Of a DNA stretch of 64,000 nucleotides, positions 62,301 through 64,000 are shown in pieces. Made by a program: the position numbers and the translations under genes. The notes under the pieces were generated by a model. It was not told the DNA's origin and did no database searches. It saw only the letters and a list, made by a program, of their open reading frames with translations. The DNA is from Cyanophora paradoxa CCMP329 (lineage: Eukaryota; Plantae; Glaucophyta), in contig QPMI01000190.1 of assembly GCA_004431415.1 (NCBI GenBank), positions 137,654 to 201,653 of the forward strand, given 5' to 3'. Positions within the stretch are counted from its first letter, which is position 1, and each line of letters starts with the position of its first letter.

Positions 62301-64000
62301 CAGGTACGTGAACTACGTGGACATCATGCGCCAGCGGTGCGCCCGCCCCCCCGCTGCCCCCCCGCCCCCGCCCGCCCGCCGGCGGCGGGCCCACTCGGTT
62401 GGGGTCATGCAGGCCGGAGGACGCGCTGGCCTCCATCCCCCGCATGCTCCTCTTCACCAACCTCGCCGCCCCCGTGCGCCCCGGAGCCCCCCTGCTCCCC
62501 CGCCCGCTCGTGCCGCCTGACCGGCCGGCGCGGCGCGGGGGCGGCGGGGCAGTCGATCGACTTCATCGCGACGCGTGTGATGCTCTCCTTCGTGCTGGCC
62601 AAGGGCGGGCTGACGGGCGCGGCGCGGCGCATGCTCGACTCGACGGACCGCGCCGCCGCCGAGCTCGGGGGCGACGCGCAGGCCGCCGCCCTGCGCCGCA
62701 TCGGCGAGGCCGTGCTCGAGTTCTACGGGGCCGGGGGCCCCGGGGGCGCGCGGGAGGCGGACCGGGCCTTCTTCGCGACCTTCGCGGAGTGCTCGCGGGT
62801 GGTCGACTGGGGCGTCCTCACCTCCATCTCCCTCGCCGCCCTCGACATCCTCCTCTGCCTCGGCCGCCTCCGCGAGTACTGGCGCCTCGCCCGCCTCTTC
62901 GCCCCCCGCCACCTCCAGGTCCCCCGCGCCCTCCCGCCGGCCCCCTCGCCTCTCGCCCTGCGCCCTCACCGGCCCCGCGCCCCGCAGGAGGTCCCCTACT
63001 ACCAGGCCCTCGTGGGGGCCGGCCCCGTCGCCGCCGCCTCCGAGGGCGGCGACCCGCTCCTCGCCGCCGCCCTCCTCCGCGAGTACGCCGCCGGCCTCCC
63101 CGCCCCCGGCCGCCCCGCCTCCGCGCACCTCGCCCACGCCTACTTCCTCACCGCCGTCATGGCGGCCCTCCGCTCGCACCGCCACCGGCGCCTCCCCGGC
63201 GAGGTGTACGCGGCGCTGCGGGCCCTGCCCGGGGGCGCCCGCATCGCGGAGGAGGCGGCCGCCGAGGGCCCCGAGGCGACCGGGCTCGTGCAGGGCGCCG
63301 TGGGCGGCTCGGGCCTCTCGTACCGCCCCGGGTGGCCGGCCGAGCTGCGCGCCCTCCTCAAGCACGTCCAGGCCTGCCGCTGGGGCGCCGTCACCGACCA
63401 GCAGATCCTCTTCCTCTTCCACCGTCCGCCCCGCCCCGCCCCGCCCCCACGTGTCCCCTGGCCGGTCGCGTGAGGCCGGGTGGGCGGGGCGGGCAGTGCA
63501 CTACGCGTACGCGGAGGGGCAGCTGGCGGGGGCGGACAGGGCGCGGGGCACGGGGCCCCTCGAGGCGGCCATCCGCCGCCTCCGCACCGCCGCCTCCATC
63601 GTGCGCCCGCCCGCCCCGCCCCGCCCCCCCGAGGAAGCCCAAGCGGCAGACGAGCCGGGGGCGGCATCCCGAGCTTCCCCGCGCCGCGAGAGCCGGGGGC
63701 GGCGCCGCACGCGGCCCCTCTGCCGCTCACCCTGCGTGCTCCTCGCTCAGGCGCAGGTGCGGCCGCACCTGCTGGTCCTGCGCGCCGCGGTGCTGCGCCT
63801 GCGCGGCCGCGCGGAGCCGGCGGGGCGGCTCCTCGCCGAGGCGGAGGCGGCGGCGACGGGGCAGAACAACCTCTGGGCCCTCGCCGCCCTCCTCAAGGAG
63901 CGGCGCTGCTGGCGCAGGCGGCGGGGAGCCGGCTCGCGGCGCGCGCCCACGCGCGGGCGGCGGTGGGCGTGGCCGAGGGGGCGGGGCTGCTGCGGCTGGC
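57840..64000 (+). CDS. Bacterial-type Ser/Thr kinase fused to AAA (STAND-like) ATPase and helical repeats; 3'-truncated by the window
   Basis: HPNILPVVD, GLVHR|DVKPENLL, LIDFG, GTVHYCSPEQAGMIQRPIDARSDLYS|LGAVLFECATGRPPF, LLAKDPDDR; then FAGREE, Walker A LLGPSGSGRT, Walker B LLAVDDLD, VLRVAALVGSEF, RFRFLH. Confidence 0.88.

Noticed and set aside
1-64000. Autonomous transposase or reverse transcriptase gene explaining the footprints and repeats
   Set aside because: No DDE, RT, tyrosine recombinase or GIY-YIG motifs were recognised in any frame; any responsible enzyme must be encoded elsewhere.

Overview
This is very GC-rich, gene-dense eukaryotic nuclear DNA with about 19 protein genes broken by many short (mostly 50-90 nt) spliceosomal introns, so most long ORFs in the supplied track are GC shadow ORFs or exon-intron read-throughs. 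Two genes carry N-terminal extensions with an early Ala-Phe, typical of glaucophyte and red-algal plastid transit peptides. With the intron style, this suggests a glaucophyte such as Cyanophora (inference). Genes recognised after manual splicing: EF-hand/p25-alpha-like protein, EcKinase/APH-like kinase, a 14-exon GGPS1-type prenyl synthase with a 6-nt micro-exon (largely invisible to the ORF track), truncated USP, LPCAT/LPEAT acyltransferase, DENN protein, rhomboid protease, a two-domain membrane adenylyl cyclase with swapped C1/C2 roles, alpha/beta hydrolase, GNAT, SPIRAL1/Jupiter-like protein, SET protein, DHH-DHHA1-CBS protein, GDA1/CD39 apyrase, tetraspanin-like protein, glycosyltransferase, and a bacterial-type Ser/Thr kinase-AAA ATPase running off the right end. 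The most striking unexplained signal is that non-coding DNA is full of trinucleotide X / reverse-complement(X) / X motifs. Two internal comparisons (a decayed duplicate at 7037-7552 and an 11-mer repeat at 11711-11996) indicate these arose as discrete 6-bp fold-back insertions, pointing to an active palindrome-generating process such as hairpin-type transposon excision footprints or snap-back repair. A 1-kb fold-back cluster of a tRNA-derived repeat (34886-35893), ending in a perfect 106-bp palindrome, may be the same phenomenon at larger scale.
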